A stretch of 64,000 nt of DNA from Minisyncoccota bacterium (lineage in GTDB: Bacteria > Patescibacteriota > Minisyncoccia > Phycocordibacterales > WO2-35-19): positions 8,023 to 72,022 of the forward strand of contig DATDXE010000006.1 in the NCBI GenBank assembly GCA_036517255.1, in the 5' to 3' direction. The notes under the pieces were generated by a model. The model made no database searches and was not told the origin of the DNA. It was given only the letters and a program-made list of their open reading frames with translations. Position numbers and translations under genes: made by a program. Shown here piece by piece: positions 10,347 to 19,535 of the stretch. The number at the start of each line of letters is the position of its first letter. The stretch's first letter is position 1.

Positions 10347-11552
10347 GTGATAAAGCCAAAACCATTACCAGGCAGTCCAGGGGTCTATTTTTTCCTCAAT
10401 AAAAAGGGGGAGATTATGTATATTGGCAAAGCTACTTCACTTCGAAACAGAATAAGGAGCTATTTTGCAGGAGATATTGCTTTGAAGCGGGGGCCGCTCA
10501 TCGAAAAAATGATGTTGCAAAAAATAAGAATTAAATTCCAAGAGACCGACTCTGTTTTAGAAGCCTTAATTCTAGAAGCAGAGCTGATAAAAAAACATAA
10601 CCCTATTTACAACACCAAAGGTAAAGATCAAAGAAGTTGGAACTATGTCGTGATAACGCGGGAGAAATTCCCAAGAGTTTTAATACATAGAGAAAGAGAA
10701 TTGAATTCCCTCCCCTTAATCAAGGGGAGGGTGCAGGGTGGGATATTTGGCCCATTCCCAAACAGCTCAGAATTAAGAGTAGCTTTGAAAATTGTTCGCA
10801 AAATTTTTCCATTTAGAGATAATTGTGTGCCCAATACTAAACCCTGCTTTAATTCCCAAATTGGTCTTTGCCCGGGTGTTTGTACTGGCAGAATTTCCGA
10901 GAAAAAATACAAAATAACTATAAGAAATATCAAACTGTTTTTCCAAGGCAAGAAGAAAGTTTTGCTTAAGATGTTGGAAAAAGAGATGCGAGTCTTGGCA
11001 AAACAAAAAAATTTCGAAGAAGCCAATAAGGTCAAAAAACAAATTTTTGCTCTTCAGCATATAAACGATATTGCTTTAATAAAATCAAAGAAAGAGGGAA
11101 GTAATCTTAGGATAGAGGCTTACGATATTTCTCATACATCGGGCACGAATATTGTAGGAGTAATGACTGTAGTCGAAAACGGGGAAATTAAGAAAAGCGA
11201 TTATCGGATGTTTAAAATAAAAGGTCAGCTCGGGGCAGATGATACCAAAGCTCTTTCCGAAGTATTGACTCGCAGATTCAATCACCCTGAATGGCCAAGT
11301 CCAGATCTGGTTGTTGTTGATGGGGGGCTCGCCCAACTGAACATTACAGAGAGAGTATTAAAAGAAGCAAAAATGGAAAAAAGTAAAGATTTGAAGATAG
11401 TTAGTGTGGTAAAAGATGAAAGACACAAACCCAAAGATATTTTGGGTGATCAGAAATTTGCTTCTAAATACAAAAAAGAAATTCTCCTTGCCAACTCTGA
11501 ATCTCATCGCTTCGCAATTGCTTTCCATCGCAAGAAAAGATTCATCTTCTAG
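10347..11552 (+). CDS. uvrC: Excinuclease UvrC, short form (GIY-YIG, Cys cluster, UVR, RNase H-like; no HhH)
   Basis: PGVY..YIGKA..LR.R, CPGVC, RIEAYDISH, VDGG..Q, ESHRFAI. Confidence 0.85.
   Translation: MIKPKPLPGSPGVYFFLNKKGEIMYIGKATSLRNRIRSYFAGDIALKRGPLIEKMMLQKIRIKFQETDSVLEALILEAELIKKHNPIYNTKGKDQRSWNYVVITREKFPRVLIHRERELNSLPLIKGRVQGGIFGPFPNSSELRVALKIVRKIFPFRDNCVPNTKPCFNSQIGLCPGVCTGRISEKKYKITIRNIKLFFQGKKKVLLKMLEKEMRVLAKQKNFEEANKVKKQIFALQHINDIALIKSKKEGSNLRIEAYDISHTSGTNIVGVMTVVENGEIKKSDYRMFKIKGQLGADDTKALSEVLTRRFNHPEWPSPDLVVVDGGLAQLNITERVLKEAKMEKSKDLKIVSVVKDERHKPKDILGDQKFASKYKKEILLANSESHRFAIAFHRKKRFIF
10708..10744 (+). repeat. REP-like palindromic element inside uvrC
   Basis: CCCTCCCCTT-aatc-AAGGGGAGGG-tgcagggtgggat; related copy at 31748-31783. 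Confidence 0.6.
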
Positions 11553-11553
11553 T

Positions 11554-11562
11554 TGTGGATAA
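11554..11562 (-). promoter_or_regulatory. DnaA box
   Basis: TGTGGATAA, the reverse complement of consensus TTATCCACA. Confidence 0.5.
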
Positions 11563-11564
11563 CT

Positions 11565-11593
11565 TTGACTTGCACCTTAATTAAGGGTACCAT
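11565..11593 (+). promoter_or_regulatory. sigma70-type promoter of a short stand-alone transcript
   Basis: TTGACT-17 nt-TACCAT; spacer contains palindrome CCTTAATTAAGG. Confidence 0.6.
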
Positions 11594-11598
11594 TAGAG

Positions 11599-11692
11599 AT
11601 GGTCCTCTCCTTGTATGGAAGCGAGGAGATGGAGTCTTTTCTTCAAACGAAATTGCCGGGAAGCAAGTCCTAAGCTTCCCGGCCTTTTTTTT
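11599..11692 (+). other. Candidate ~95-nt sRNA or leaderless 24-aa micro-ORF (11599-11673)
   Basis: Lies between promoter and terminator; ATG..TAA encodes MVLSLYGSEEMESFLQTKLPGSKS. Confidence 0.4.
11655..11692 (+). terminator. Intrinsic terminator
   Basis: GCCGGGAAGC/GCTTCCCGGC perfect stem followed by T8. Confidence 0.85.
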
Positions 11693-11719
11693 ATGTTTTA
11701 AAAATGTATTATATTAAGA

Positions 11720-13399
11720 ATGACTTCTACTGAAATACGTCAAAAGTTTTTAAAATTCTTCGAGGAAAGGGGGCATAAAATTGTTCCTTCTAGCTCACTT
11801 GTACCGGAAGGAGATTCCTCAGTCCTTTTCACTACAGCAGGCATGCAACAATTTAAGCCGTATTATATTGGCAAGAAAGATCCGGAGGTAGATTTTAATT
11901 CGAAAAATACCACATCGATTCAAAAATGCGTCAGGACTTCAGATATTGAAGAAGTAGGGGATGAGAGGCACCTCACCTTTTTTGAGATGCTAGGGAATTT
12001 CAGTTTTGGTGGCTATTGGAAAAAAGAAGCCATCCAATACGCATACGATTTCGTAACCAAGGAGATGAACTTGAAAATCGATTATGTCACGGTTTTTGAG
12101 GGCGAAGAGGGAGTACCCGCCGATGTAGAGTCCGAGGAGATTTGGAAAAGTATAGATCAGAGTATAGAAGTGAAAAAGTTTGGCAGAGCAGATAACTTCT
12201 GGGGACCTACGGGTGAAGAAGGACCGTGTGGACCAACGACGGAGATTTATGTGGATGGTATAGAGATTTGGAATATTGTATTTAATGAATTCTACCAAGA
12301 TAAGAATAAAAATCTTCGACCTCTTGAAATAAAAGGCATAGACACGGGTATGGGTCTCGAACGCTTGGCTAAAGTAGTGCAAAAAGTACCTACTGTTTTT
12401 GATACTGATCTATTTAAAAAATTAATCGATCTGTTATCTGAGAGATTAGGTGTTAGAAAAAAAAGAATACTTGTAGATCATGCTCGTGCTGTGAGTTTTA
12501 TGATTAGCGATGGTGTGTATCCAGGTAATAAGGGAGCTGAATCTGTATTGCGCCGCATTCTGAGGAGGATTTTAGCTCAATTTGAAGCGGTAGAAATAAA
12601 ACTTGCTTTCGATTTAACAATAGTAAAGTTTCCAGAATTAAAAAGAGATATCATTTGGGAGGTTATTGATAAAGAAAGATCACAATTTATAGTTGCTCTT
12701 AATTTAGGAAAAAAGGAACTCGATAAACTAAACAACATTGATCCAGAGACGGCATTTGGCTTGTTTAATACTTATGGATTACCTCTAGATGTTATACGGG
12801 ATAAATTTCCCCAATTAAATATTCAGGAGTTTGAAAATGAGTTTAAGAAGCACCAAGAGATTTCTAAATCTGGAATGGAGCAGAAATTTAAGGGGGGATT
12901 AGCGGGGCATAGCGAGATGGAGGTGAAGTATCATACTGCCACACATTTGTTGCATCAGGCTTTACGGGATGTGTTAGGAAGCCATGTGGAGCAGAAAGGG
13001 AGCAATATTACTACGGAGAGGTTGAGGTTCGATTTCTCACATTCAGCGAAAATGACAGACGAGGAAAAGAAAAAAGTAGAGGATATTGTGAATGGGAAGA
13101 TAAAGAGCGGTTTGCCTGTAAATAAAATAGTAATGAAAAAAGAAGAAGCGGAAAAAATGGGAGCCTTACACTTTTTTGGCGATAAATATGGGGACGAAGT
13201 TTCTGTTTATTATATTGGCGACTCGCTCGAGTCTGCCTATTCCAAAGAATTTTGCGGTGGACCGCATGCCGTAAACACTAGCGAGCTCGCTAGTGTTGTA
13301 GGTCCTGACGGCAGTAGCCGGAAGGATAGAGTTTTCAAAATCTTCAAAGAAGAAGCCATTTCCCAAGGCATCCGCCGCATCAAAGCAATACTTGAATAG
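11720..13399 (+). CDS. alaS: Alanyl-tRNA synthetase (aminoacylation plus editing domain, no C-Ala)
   Basis: FTTAGMQQFK, HLTFFEMLGNFSFG, DTGMGLER, HTATHLL, CGGPH; ends at GIRRIKA. Confidence 0.95.
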   Translation: MTSTEIRQKFLKFFEERGHKIVPSSSLVPEGDSSVLFTTAGMQQFKPYYIGKKDPEVDFNSKNTTSIQKCVRTSDIEEVGDERHLTFFEMLGNFSFGGYWKKEAIQYAYDFVTKEMNLKIDYVTVFEGEEGVPADVESEEIWKSIDQSIEVKKFGRADNFWGPTGEEGPCGPTTEIYVDGIEIWNIVFNEFYQDKNKNLRPLEIKGIDTGMGLERLAKVVQKVPTVFDTDLFKKLIDLLSERLGVRKKRILVDHARAVSFMISDGVYPGNKGAESVLRRILRRILAQFEAVEIKLAFDLTIVKFPELKRDIIWEVIDKERSQFIVALNLGKKELDKLNNIDPETAFGLFNTYGLPLDVIRDKFPQLNIQEFENEFKKHQEISKSGMEQKFKGGLAGHSEMEVKYHTATHLLHQALRDVLGSHVEQKGSNITTERLRFDFSHSAKMTDEEKKKVEDIVNGKIKSGLPVNKIVMKKEEAEKMGALHFFGDKYGDEVSVYYIGDSLESAYSKEFCGGPHAVNTSELASVVGPDGSSRKDRVFKIFKEEAISQGIRRIKAILE

Positions 13400-13423
13400 T
13401 GTGATATCTGCTATAATTTAGGA

Positions 13424-14542
13424 GTGGCTTTTTTGTCAGGATCTAAAAAAAATAAAAATGGTTTTCATGTAGTCGTGGAAGTACGCGATAGGTCTTTGGA
13501 TTTACATTTACTTGCAATCGAAGGGGACAAATTTTCGGCTTTAAGTGAAGTGTCGATGTCCCACAGGATTGTAGCCGAGGACGGCTTGACCCAAGAGAAA
13601 ATAAAAGAATTTTCTGACATTTTGAACAAAGCTTTCGCAAAGCTCGTAGAAGCCACACGCAAAAAAATAGGTGATACAGATAGAATAAAAATAAAAAGTT
13701 CCCAAGTCGTTATTTTCTACCCCTGGTTTGTTGTGGAAGAAAAAAATAATATACAAATTGGTTCTTCTTCTGTGGCAACCATTCTTTCCCAAAAAAATAT
13801 GGAGGAAGCTTTGAGAAATATTGATACTGGAGGTTTACCCTCTGCACATCCAGTCGCGGCTTATACATACAAGAAAACTATTATAGAGACAGTTGTTAAC
13901 TCCATTACCTTGAATGGCTATATTGTACCTGAGCCGTCTGGTAAAAAATCAAAAAATATTATGATCGGAGCTTCTATATATACTGCCGCGGCGGGGATAC
14001 TTGATATATTGAAGAAAGATGTAAAATTTCATACTGAACTAGAGCCAGAAATAATAACTTTACCCAAATCCCTTGCTTTATATATCAACAAAACTGTAAA
14101 AAATAATCCCGTACTATATATTAACGTGGAAGCTGATAATACGTGTATCACCTCGATAACTCCAGGCTCGTCTCTTGTATACAAATCTAAGTTTGTTGAT
14201 ATAGGTGAAGAAGATATAATAGAAAAGGTTATGGAAGAATCGAATACTACTCGTGATATTGCTCTCTCCTATATACGACTAGTTCATGAGCAGGCACTTA
14301 CTCCTGAAGTTTCAGCACTTGTAAAATCTGCTTTTGATAAAGTTGTAGGTGAGTGGAAGACTTTGGTCATAAAGGCTTGCACGGAGCTGTATACTCAAGG
14401 AGAAAAAAAGTTAGTTTGTCATAATCAAAAAATGGCGGATATCTTTTACGATGCCATTTTTGGAGAAAATCATGAAGTTGCTTTGCTGAAAAATATCGAT
14501 GTGGAAAAGATTGTGTTCAATTCAGCCGTAGGTACGCTATAA
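13424..14542 (+). CDS. Hypothetical protein, degenerate FtsA/actin-like fold
   Basis: LNGY motif, YINVEADNT phosphate-2-like segment; paired with next gene as recalled for CPR genomes. Confidence 0.45.
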   Translation: MAFLSGSKKNKNGFHVVVEVRDRSLDLHLLAIEGDKFSALSEVSMSHRIVAEDGLTQEKIKEFSDILNKAFAKLVEATRKKIGDTDRIKIKSSQVVIFYPWFVVEEKNNIQIGSSSVATILSQKNMEEALRNIDTGGLPSAHPVAAYTYKKTIIETVVNSITLNGYIVPEPSGKKSKNIMIGASIYTAAAGILDILKKDVKFHTELEPEIITLPKSLALYINKTVKNNPVLYINVEADNTCITSITPGSSLVYKSKFVDIGEEDIIEKVMEESNTTRDIALSYIRLVHEQALTPEVSALVKSAFDKVVGEWKTLVIKACTELYTQGEKKLVCHNQKMADIFYDAIFGENHEVALLKNIDVEKIVFNSAVGTL

Positions 14543-14568
14543 TATGTATCAAGTTAAGTTCTAATACT

Positions 14569-15945
14569 ATGCCCAAAAATTTTTTTCAAGATGTGGTGCC
14601 TCCAGAAAGACGAAGTATACGCGATGTCCCCGTCATGGGTGGTGGAGCTAGAAGGCGAGGTAGAGCTGTATTTTTAAATAAAGAAAAAGAGCTCGAACCA
14701 GCAGCTGTCGAAATGCATACTCCAGAAGAATCAGGAGTGAATGTGTCATCACCATCTTCTTTTTTTGTGCCACCAGCATTCCCTAGTAAAGCCAGAAAAG
14801 CAAAGAAGGGTAAAATTGCCATCACGCTAGCTTTCTTCGTTATTGTCGGTTTTATTTTCGGAATGATGACCATTTTTACTTCCGCTAATATATCGATTAC
14901 TCCAAAGTCTGAATCAGTCTCAATTAATCTGGCACTCAAAGCTTACAAAGCTTCTCTTCTGGTCTCGAACTCTACTAATACGCCAGCTCTCCATTACGAA
15001 ATAATATCCCTGAAGCGTGAAGGTGAGACAGAAGTGTCTGCAAATGGAGAGGAAATGGTGGAGAAAAAAGCAGAAGGTAAGATCACTGTATACAATAATT
15101 TTAGTTCTGAATCCCAGCGTCTTATCGCGAGGACTCGATTCGAAACCAAGGATGGATTGGTGTTTAGAATTCCCGAGTCTATCGTGGTTCCTGGTAAAAC
15201 ATCATCTGGTCCTGGTTCTGTTGTTACTTCCTTGGTGGCCGATGAATCTGGTGAGAAATATAATGTAGCAGAGACTAGTTTTACGGTTCCTGGTTTCAAA
15301 AATGACCCAGCTCGTTTCAAAGGTTTTTATGCGGATTCTATAGGAGAAATACAAGGAGGTTTTATTGGTAGAATGAAAAAAGTAGCTCTAACTGATAAGG
15401 TCACTGCTTTGGAAAAACTCGATGCTTCACTAAAGGTAGATCTTCAGAAAGAGATAGAGTCGCAGATCCCAGAAGAGTTTGTTCTCCTCGACGGTATTAT
15501 TGTCTACGTATTTAAAGATTTACCACAAAGTGACTCTACGGGAGATACTGCCATCTTGAGGAGGGAGGTAACTGCCCAGGTGATTATTCTAAATAAACAA
15601 TCCATATCCTCCGCTATAGGTTCTTCTTATCTTTCTTCTTGGGAAGGCCTTGATCTAGAAATCAGAGATTATAAAAACCTAAAAGCTTCTTATTATTCTG
15701 GTTTTACCCCATCGTTAGTTTCTAGCACGGACACATTGCCTCTTAATATAGAGGGCCAGGCTACTGTATATGCCGTTATCCCTGGTGTTACCATTGCTGA
15801 AAATTTAGCAGGCAAAGACAAGGATGAATTAAACACTGTCATGGCCGGTTTTCCTGCGGTCTATAAAGCTTCTGCTTCTGTTCGCCCTATATGGAAAGGG
15901 GCTTTTCCTAAGGATTTGGCCAAGATACATCTAAATGTTGACTAA
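14569..15945 (+). CDS. Membrane-anchored protein with baseplate-J-like region
   Basis: Disordered N-terminus, one TM, KAEGKITVYN..TRF..GLVF..VADESGEKYN..GG pattern. Confidence 0.55.
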   Translation: MPKNFFQDVVPPERRSIRDVPVMGGGARRRGRAVFLNKEKELEPAAVEMHTPEESGVNVSSPSSFFVPPAFPSKARKAKKGKIAITLAFFVIVGFIFGMMTIFTSANISITPKSESVSINLALKAYKASLLVSNSTNTPALHYEIISLKREGETEVSANGEEMVEKKAEGKITVYNNFSSESQRLIARTRFETKDGLVFRIPESIVVPGKTSSGPGSVVTSLVADESGEKYNVAETSFTVPGFKNDPARFKGFYADSIGEIQGGFIGRMKKVALTDKVTALEKLDASLKVDLQKEIESQIPEEFVLLDGIIVYVFKDLPQSDSTGDTAILRREVTAQVIILNKQSISSAIGSSYLSSWEGLDLEIRDYKNLKASYYSGFTPSLVSSTDTLPLNIEGQATVYAVIPGVTIAENLAGKDKDELNTVMAGFPAVYKASASVRPIWKGAFPKDLAKIHLNVD

Positions 15946-15995
15946 ATTAACCCTCTTTGTTATCATATAAAACTCCTAGATCTTGATTTATATTT

Positions 15996-16208
15996 ATGTC
16001 CCAAAGTCCTGAAATTTCTCTTGGAATAGTGGTAGAAGCTCTTCCAAACACGCTTTTTAAGATAGATCTGGGTCAAGATAAAGAGGAGGTGCTTGCCTAT
16101 CTGTCCGGCAAGATGCGTTTGCATAAAATTAGGGTAATGGTAGGTGATAAGGTTGAACTCGCTCTCGATCCGTATGGGGGCAGAGCAAGGATCATTAAAA
16201 GATTGTAA
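15996..16208 (+). CDS. infA: Translation initiation factor IF-1
   Basis: GIVVEALPN, LSGKMR, GDKV. Confidence 0.95.
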   Translation: MSQSPEISLGIVVEALPNTLFKIDLGQDKEEVLAYLSGKMRLHKIRVMVGDKVELALDPYGGRARIIKRL

Positions 16209-16232
16209 TTTGGATTAAATAAATTTTAAAGA

Positions 16233-16349
16233 ATGAAGGTAAAGGCTTCAGTAAAAAAGATGTGCGCCAAATGCCAAGTCGTCCGAAGAAAGGGCTTGGT
16301 TTATGTCATCTGTAAGTCGAACCCTCGTCATAAACAACGTCAAGGATAA
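16233..16349 (+). CDS. rpmJ: 50S ribosomal protein L36 (absent from ORF track)
   Basis: Manual translation [38 protein letters not shown]. Confidence 0.97.
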   Translation: MKVKASVKKMCAKCQVVRRKGLVYVICKSNPRHKQRQG

Positions 16350-16351
16350 AT

Positions 16352-16732
16352 ATGAGAATACTGGGAATCACAATACCTGAGAATAAAAGATTAGAGATAG
16401 GTCTTACCGCTATCTATGGTATAGGTCGTTCTCGTGCTCAAGAAATCTTGACTGAAGCCAAAGTCGAACATGCCGCCAAACCGAAAGATGTAAATTCTGA
16501 AAAAGAAAATCACTTGAGGAAAATAATCGAAGGCCTTACTGTGGAAGGCGATTTAAAGAGAGAAGTGGCAAATAATGTAAAGCGTCTCAAGGATATAAAA
16601 GCTTATCGAGGCCTTCGGCACTTAAGAACGTTGCCGGTAAGAGGTCAAAGGACTAAGACAAATTCTCGTACTCGCAGGGGCAATGTTCGTAAGACTATGG
16701 GTACCGGTCGTCGTGCAGTTGATAAAAAATAA
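16352..16732 (+). CDS. rpsM: 30S ribosomal protein S13
   Basis: IYGIG, YRGLRH, PVRGQRTKTNSRT. Confidence 0.97.
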   Translation: MRILGITIPENKRLEIGLTAIYGIGRSRAQEILTEAKVEHAAKPKDVNSEKENHLRKIIEGLTVEGDLKREVANNVKRLKDIKAYRGLRHLRTLPVRGQRTKTNSRTRRGNVRKTMGTGRRAVDKK

Positions 16733-16738
16733 TTAAAC

Positions 16739-17173
16739 ATGGGTAAGAAAAGAATTGTAAAAAAAGAAGAGGAAAATAAAGATGGGTCTCCAGAAGGGGA
16801 AAAGGTAATCACTTCAGTCAAGAAGCATTTTGATAGCGGTATTTTGAACGTAGAATCAACATATAATAACACCAAACTAGTCCTAGCCGACAAGAAAGGT
16901 AATGTTTTAGGATTCTCCTCCTCAGGTGCTTTGGGTTTTAAAGGTGCTAAAAAAGGCACTCCTTTTGCTGCTGCAAAGGTCGGGGAAATTTTGGCCGCCA
17001 AAGCTCAAACTCTCGGTATGAAAGAGGTAGCTGTAGTAGTGAAAGGGGTTGGTTCAGGACGAGAGTCAGGTATCCGTGGTTTTATTTCAAAGGGTATAAA
17101 TATTATATCTATAAAAGATTCTACCCCTGTACCTTTCAATGGCCCAAAGCCTAAAAAGCCTCGTCGAGTTTAA
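16739..17173 (+). CDS. rpsK: 30S ribosomal protein S11
   Basis: STYNNT, KKGTPFAA, GSGRES, TPVPFNG. Confidence 0.97.
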   Translation: MGKKRIVKKEEENKDGSPEGEKVITSVKKHFDSGILNVESTYNNTKLVLADKKGNVLGFSSSGALGFKGAKKGTPFAAAKVGEILAAKAQTLGMKEVAVVVKGVGSGRESGIRGFISKGINIISIKDSTPVPFNGPKPKKPRRV

Positions 17174-17204
17174 ATAAAAATTGTAAATTTTAAATTAAAA
17201 TTTT

Positions 17205-17807
17205 ATGCGAATAGGTCCAAAATATAAAATAGCTCGTCGACTTGGTGCTCCAATATTTGAGAAAACTCAAACTCAAAAGTTTGCTCTCTCTGAAGAAAAA
17301 AAGTCACGTCGTGGAGGTCGTCCTAAAACTGACTTTGGCTTACAGCTTACCGAAAAGCAGAAGGCTAGATTTTTTTATGGAGTGAGCGAAAAACAATTTA
17401 AAAATTATGTGAAAGAAGCTCTTTCGAAAAAAGGAGTTATCCCCGCCTCAGAACTCCTCTCACTTTTAGAATCACGCTTAGATAATGTTGTTTGGCGTCT
17501 TGGCTTTGCGCCTACCCATGGTGCCGCGAGACAAATGGTTTCTCATGGACACATTACTGTAAATGCCAGGAAGTCTAGAGTGCCTTCTTGTCGAGTGAAT
17601 GTGGACGACGAGATTGGCCTAAGAGAGGGAAGTAAGACCAGTCCTCTGTTCGCCTCTATATTAGAAAAGGGTATAGAGAGGGAATTACTACCATGGCTTT
17701 CTTATGATGATAAAAAGAAGACCGCCACTGTAAAAGGTAAACCTGTGGCACCAGAAAATGCCCTGATGTTCGATTTGGGACAGGTCATTGAATTTTATCA
17801 AAGATAG
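17205..17807 (+). CDS. rpsD: 30S ribosomal protein S4
   Basis: EKQKAR, LESRLDNVVWRLG, ARQMVSHGH. Confidence 0.97.
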   Translation: MRIGPKYKIARRLGAPIFEKTQTQKFALSEEKKSRRGGRPKTDFGLQLTEKQKARFFYGVSEKQFKNYVKEALSKKGVIPASELLSLLESRLDNVVWRLGFAPTHGAARQMVSHGHITVNARKSRVPSCRVNVDDEIGLREGSKTSPLFASILEKGIERELLPWLSYDDKKKTATVKGKPVAPENALMFDLGQVIEFYQR

Positions 17808-17855
17808 TAGTACAATTGTTTTTCCATTTATAATTTTTTAATTTTTAACCATCCC

Positions 17856-18830
17856 ATGACAGACAATACTATAGTACTGCCATCGAAGCCTCGCATTGTC
17901 CTCGAAGAGGGTTTTAAAGGTATATATGAAATAGACGGTCTTCACCCAGGCTATGGCTTCACTTTGGGCAATAGCCTCCGTCGTATAGTTCTTTCATCTC
18001 TTCCAGGAGCAGCGGTAACTTCTATCAAGATAGCCGGTATTGACCATGAATTTCAGAGCATTGCTGGCATAAAGGAGGATGCTGTGACTATAATGCTAAA
18101 TATCAAGAAGTTGCGTCTGCGTATAAACTCGAACGAACCTCAAATTTTGAGCTTAAAAGTGAAAGGGATAAATGAGGTTACTGGCAAAATGATAGATGCT
18201 CCGGGCCAGGTAGAAATATTAAATCCAGATCTTGTTATCGCTACTGTCACCGATAAGAACACGGAGTTAAATATTGATTTTACAGTAGAGCAGGGGCTTG
18301 GCTTCGTCACTCGTGATGCTATTTCTAAATCGCGAGTCGATATCGGCACTATCGCACTGGACGCCAATTTTACTCCCATCAAAAGAGCTAGTTATGAAGT
18401 AGAAAATATGCGTGTTGGGGACAGGACTGATTTTAACAGACTACGCATAACTATCGAGACGGATGGTACTTTTACTCCTCATGAAGCTCTTTCTCGTTCC
18501 ATCGAGATAATGATCAACCAGCTCAAAGCTATTGTAGGTTTTGAAGAAAAGGATTTTGTCGGGCTAGATTTGGAAAACGAAAATAGCAATACCGAAAATT
18601 CTGTTAATAAACCAGCTGAAGAGATGGATTCTGAATTCCTAAAAACTCGTATAGAATCAGTCGATCTTTCCTCGAGGACTTTGAATGCTCTTACTGGTGC
18701 TAATATAAGGACAGTGGGGGGGCTTGCTCGTAAGAAGGAAAAAGACATTCTTGAAATCGAAGGCCTTGGGGCAAAGGGCGTAGCTGAAATAAAAAGAGTA
18801 TTAGGTGAGCACGGTATTACATTGAAATAA
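17856..18830 (+). CDS. rpoA: RNA polymerase alpha subunit
   Basis: GYGFTLGNSLRR, HEF, VENMRVG, alpha-CTD. Confidence 0.97.
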   Translation: MTDNTIVLPSKPRIVLEEGFKGIYEIDGLHPGYGFTLGNSLRRIVLSSLPGAAVTSIKIAGIDHEFQSIAGIKEDAVTIMLNIKKLRLRINSNEPQILSLKVKGINEVTGKMIDAPGQVEILNPDLVIATVTDKNTELNIDFTVEQGLGFVTRDAISKSRVDIGTIALDANFTPIKRASYEVENMRVGDRTDFNRLRITIETDGTFTPHEALSRSIEIMINQLKAIVGFEEKDFVGLDLENENSNTENSVNKPAEEMDSEFLKTRIESVDLSSRTLNALTGANIRTVGGLARKKEKDILEIEGLGAKGVAEIKRVLGEHGITLK

Positions 18831-18833
18831 AGC

Positions 18834-19181
18834 ATGAGACACGGTAATGCAAACAGAAAATTTGGTAGGGTTAGGAAGCAGAGAAAAGCTCTACTCAATT
18901 CCCTTGCGCGCTCTTTAGTTTTGCATGAAAAAATAAAAACTACAGAACCGAAGGCTAAGGAGCTCAGACCTTTTGTCGAGAAATTGGTGACAAGTGGTAA
19001 AAAAGCTACAGTGGCCGCCCACCGTAGCCTGGCTACCGTCATCGGAAGCGCGGCTACCAAAATCCTTGTAAGTAAAATTTCGAAAAAATATGAAGATCGA
19101 AGAGGTGGTTTTACCAGGATTGTAAAATTGGGCAACAGAAAATCTGACGGTAGTCCCATGGCGGTTATAGAATTTGTATAA
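18834..19181 (+). CDS. rplQ: 50S ribosomal protein L17
   Basis: MRH, IKTTEPKAKELR, GGFTRI. Confidence 0.97.
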   Translation: MRHGNANRKFGRVRKQRKALLNSLARSLVLHEKIKTTEPKAKELRPFVEKLVTSGKKATVAAHRSLATVIGSAATKILVSKISKKYEDRRGGFTRIVKLGNRKSDGSPMAVIEFV

Positions 19182-19186
19182 AAATC

Positions 19187-19531
19187 ATGGAATACATCAT
19201 TGATGCACAAGGAAAAAAAATAGGTAGAGTGGCTTCACAGGCTGCTAAGATCCTAATGGGTAAAACTGCTACTGATTTTGCTCGGAATAAATACCCTGAT
19301 CTTAAGGTAAAGATTACCAATGTTTCTCGAGCTGATGTCACTAATAAAAAAATGATTACTAAGGAATATAAAAATTACTCAGGTTATCCAGGTGGTCTGA
19401 AGGAAACGACTATGAAGAAATTGGTCGCTGATAAGGGAATGAAGGAAGTCTTCAGGAAAGCTGTATATGGTATGCTTCCTATAAATAAACTCCGTCCCCG
19501 TATTATAAAAAATTTAGTTATTGAAAATTAA
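19187..19531 (+). CDS. rplM: 50S ribosomal protein L13
   Basis: IDA..GRVAS, SGYPGGLK, AVYGMLP. Confidence 0.95.
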   Translation: MEYIIDAQGKKIGRVASQAAKILMGKTATDFARNKYPDLKVKITNVSRADVTNKKMITKEYKNYSGYPGGLKETTMKKLVADKGMKEVFRKAVYGMLPINKLRPRIIKNLVIEN

Positions 19532-19535
19532 AATT

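Noticed and set aside
11565-11719. T-box riboswitch upstream of alaS
   Set aside because: Too short, no T-box bulge consensus (TGGNACC) or stem I motifs, and alaS seems to have its own -10
14569-15945. Prophage or contractile injection system
   Set aside because: A lone baseplate-like membrane protein with no tail, sheath, capsid or integrase genes
18479-19210. 243-aa antisense ORF and similar antisense ORFs over dnaK, the copper ATPase and others
   Set aside because: They lie opposite well-conserved genes and have no motifs or expression signals
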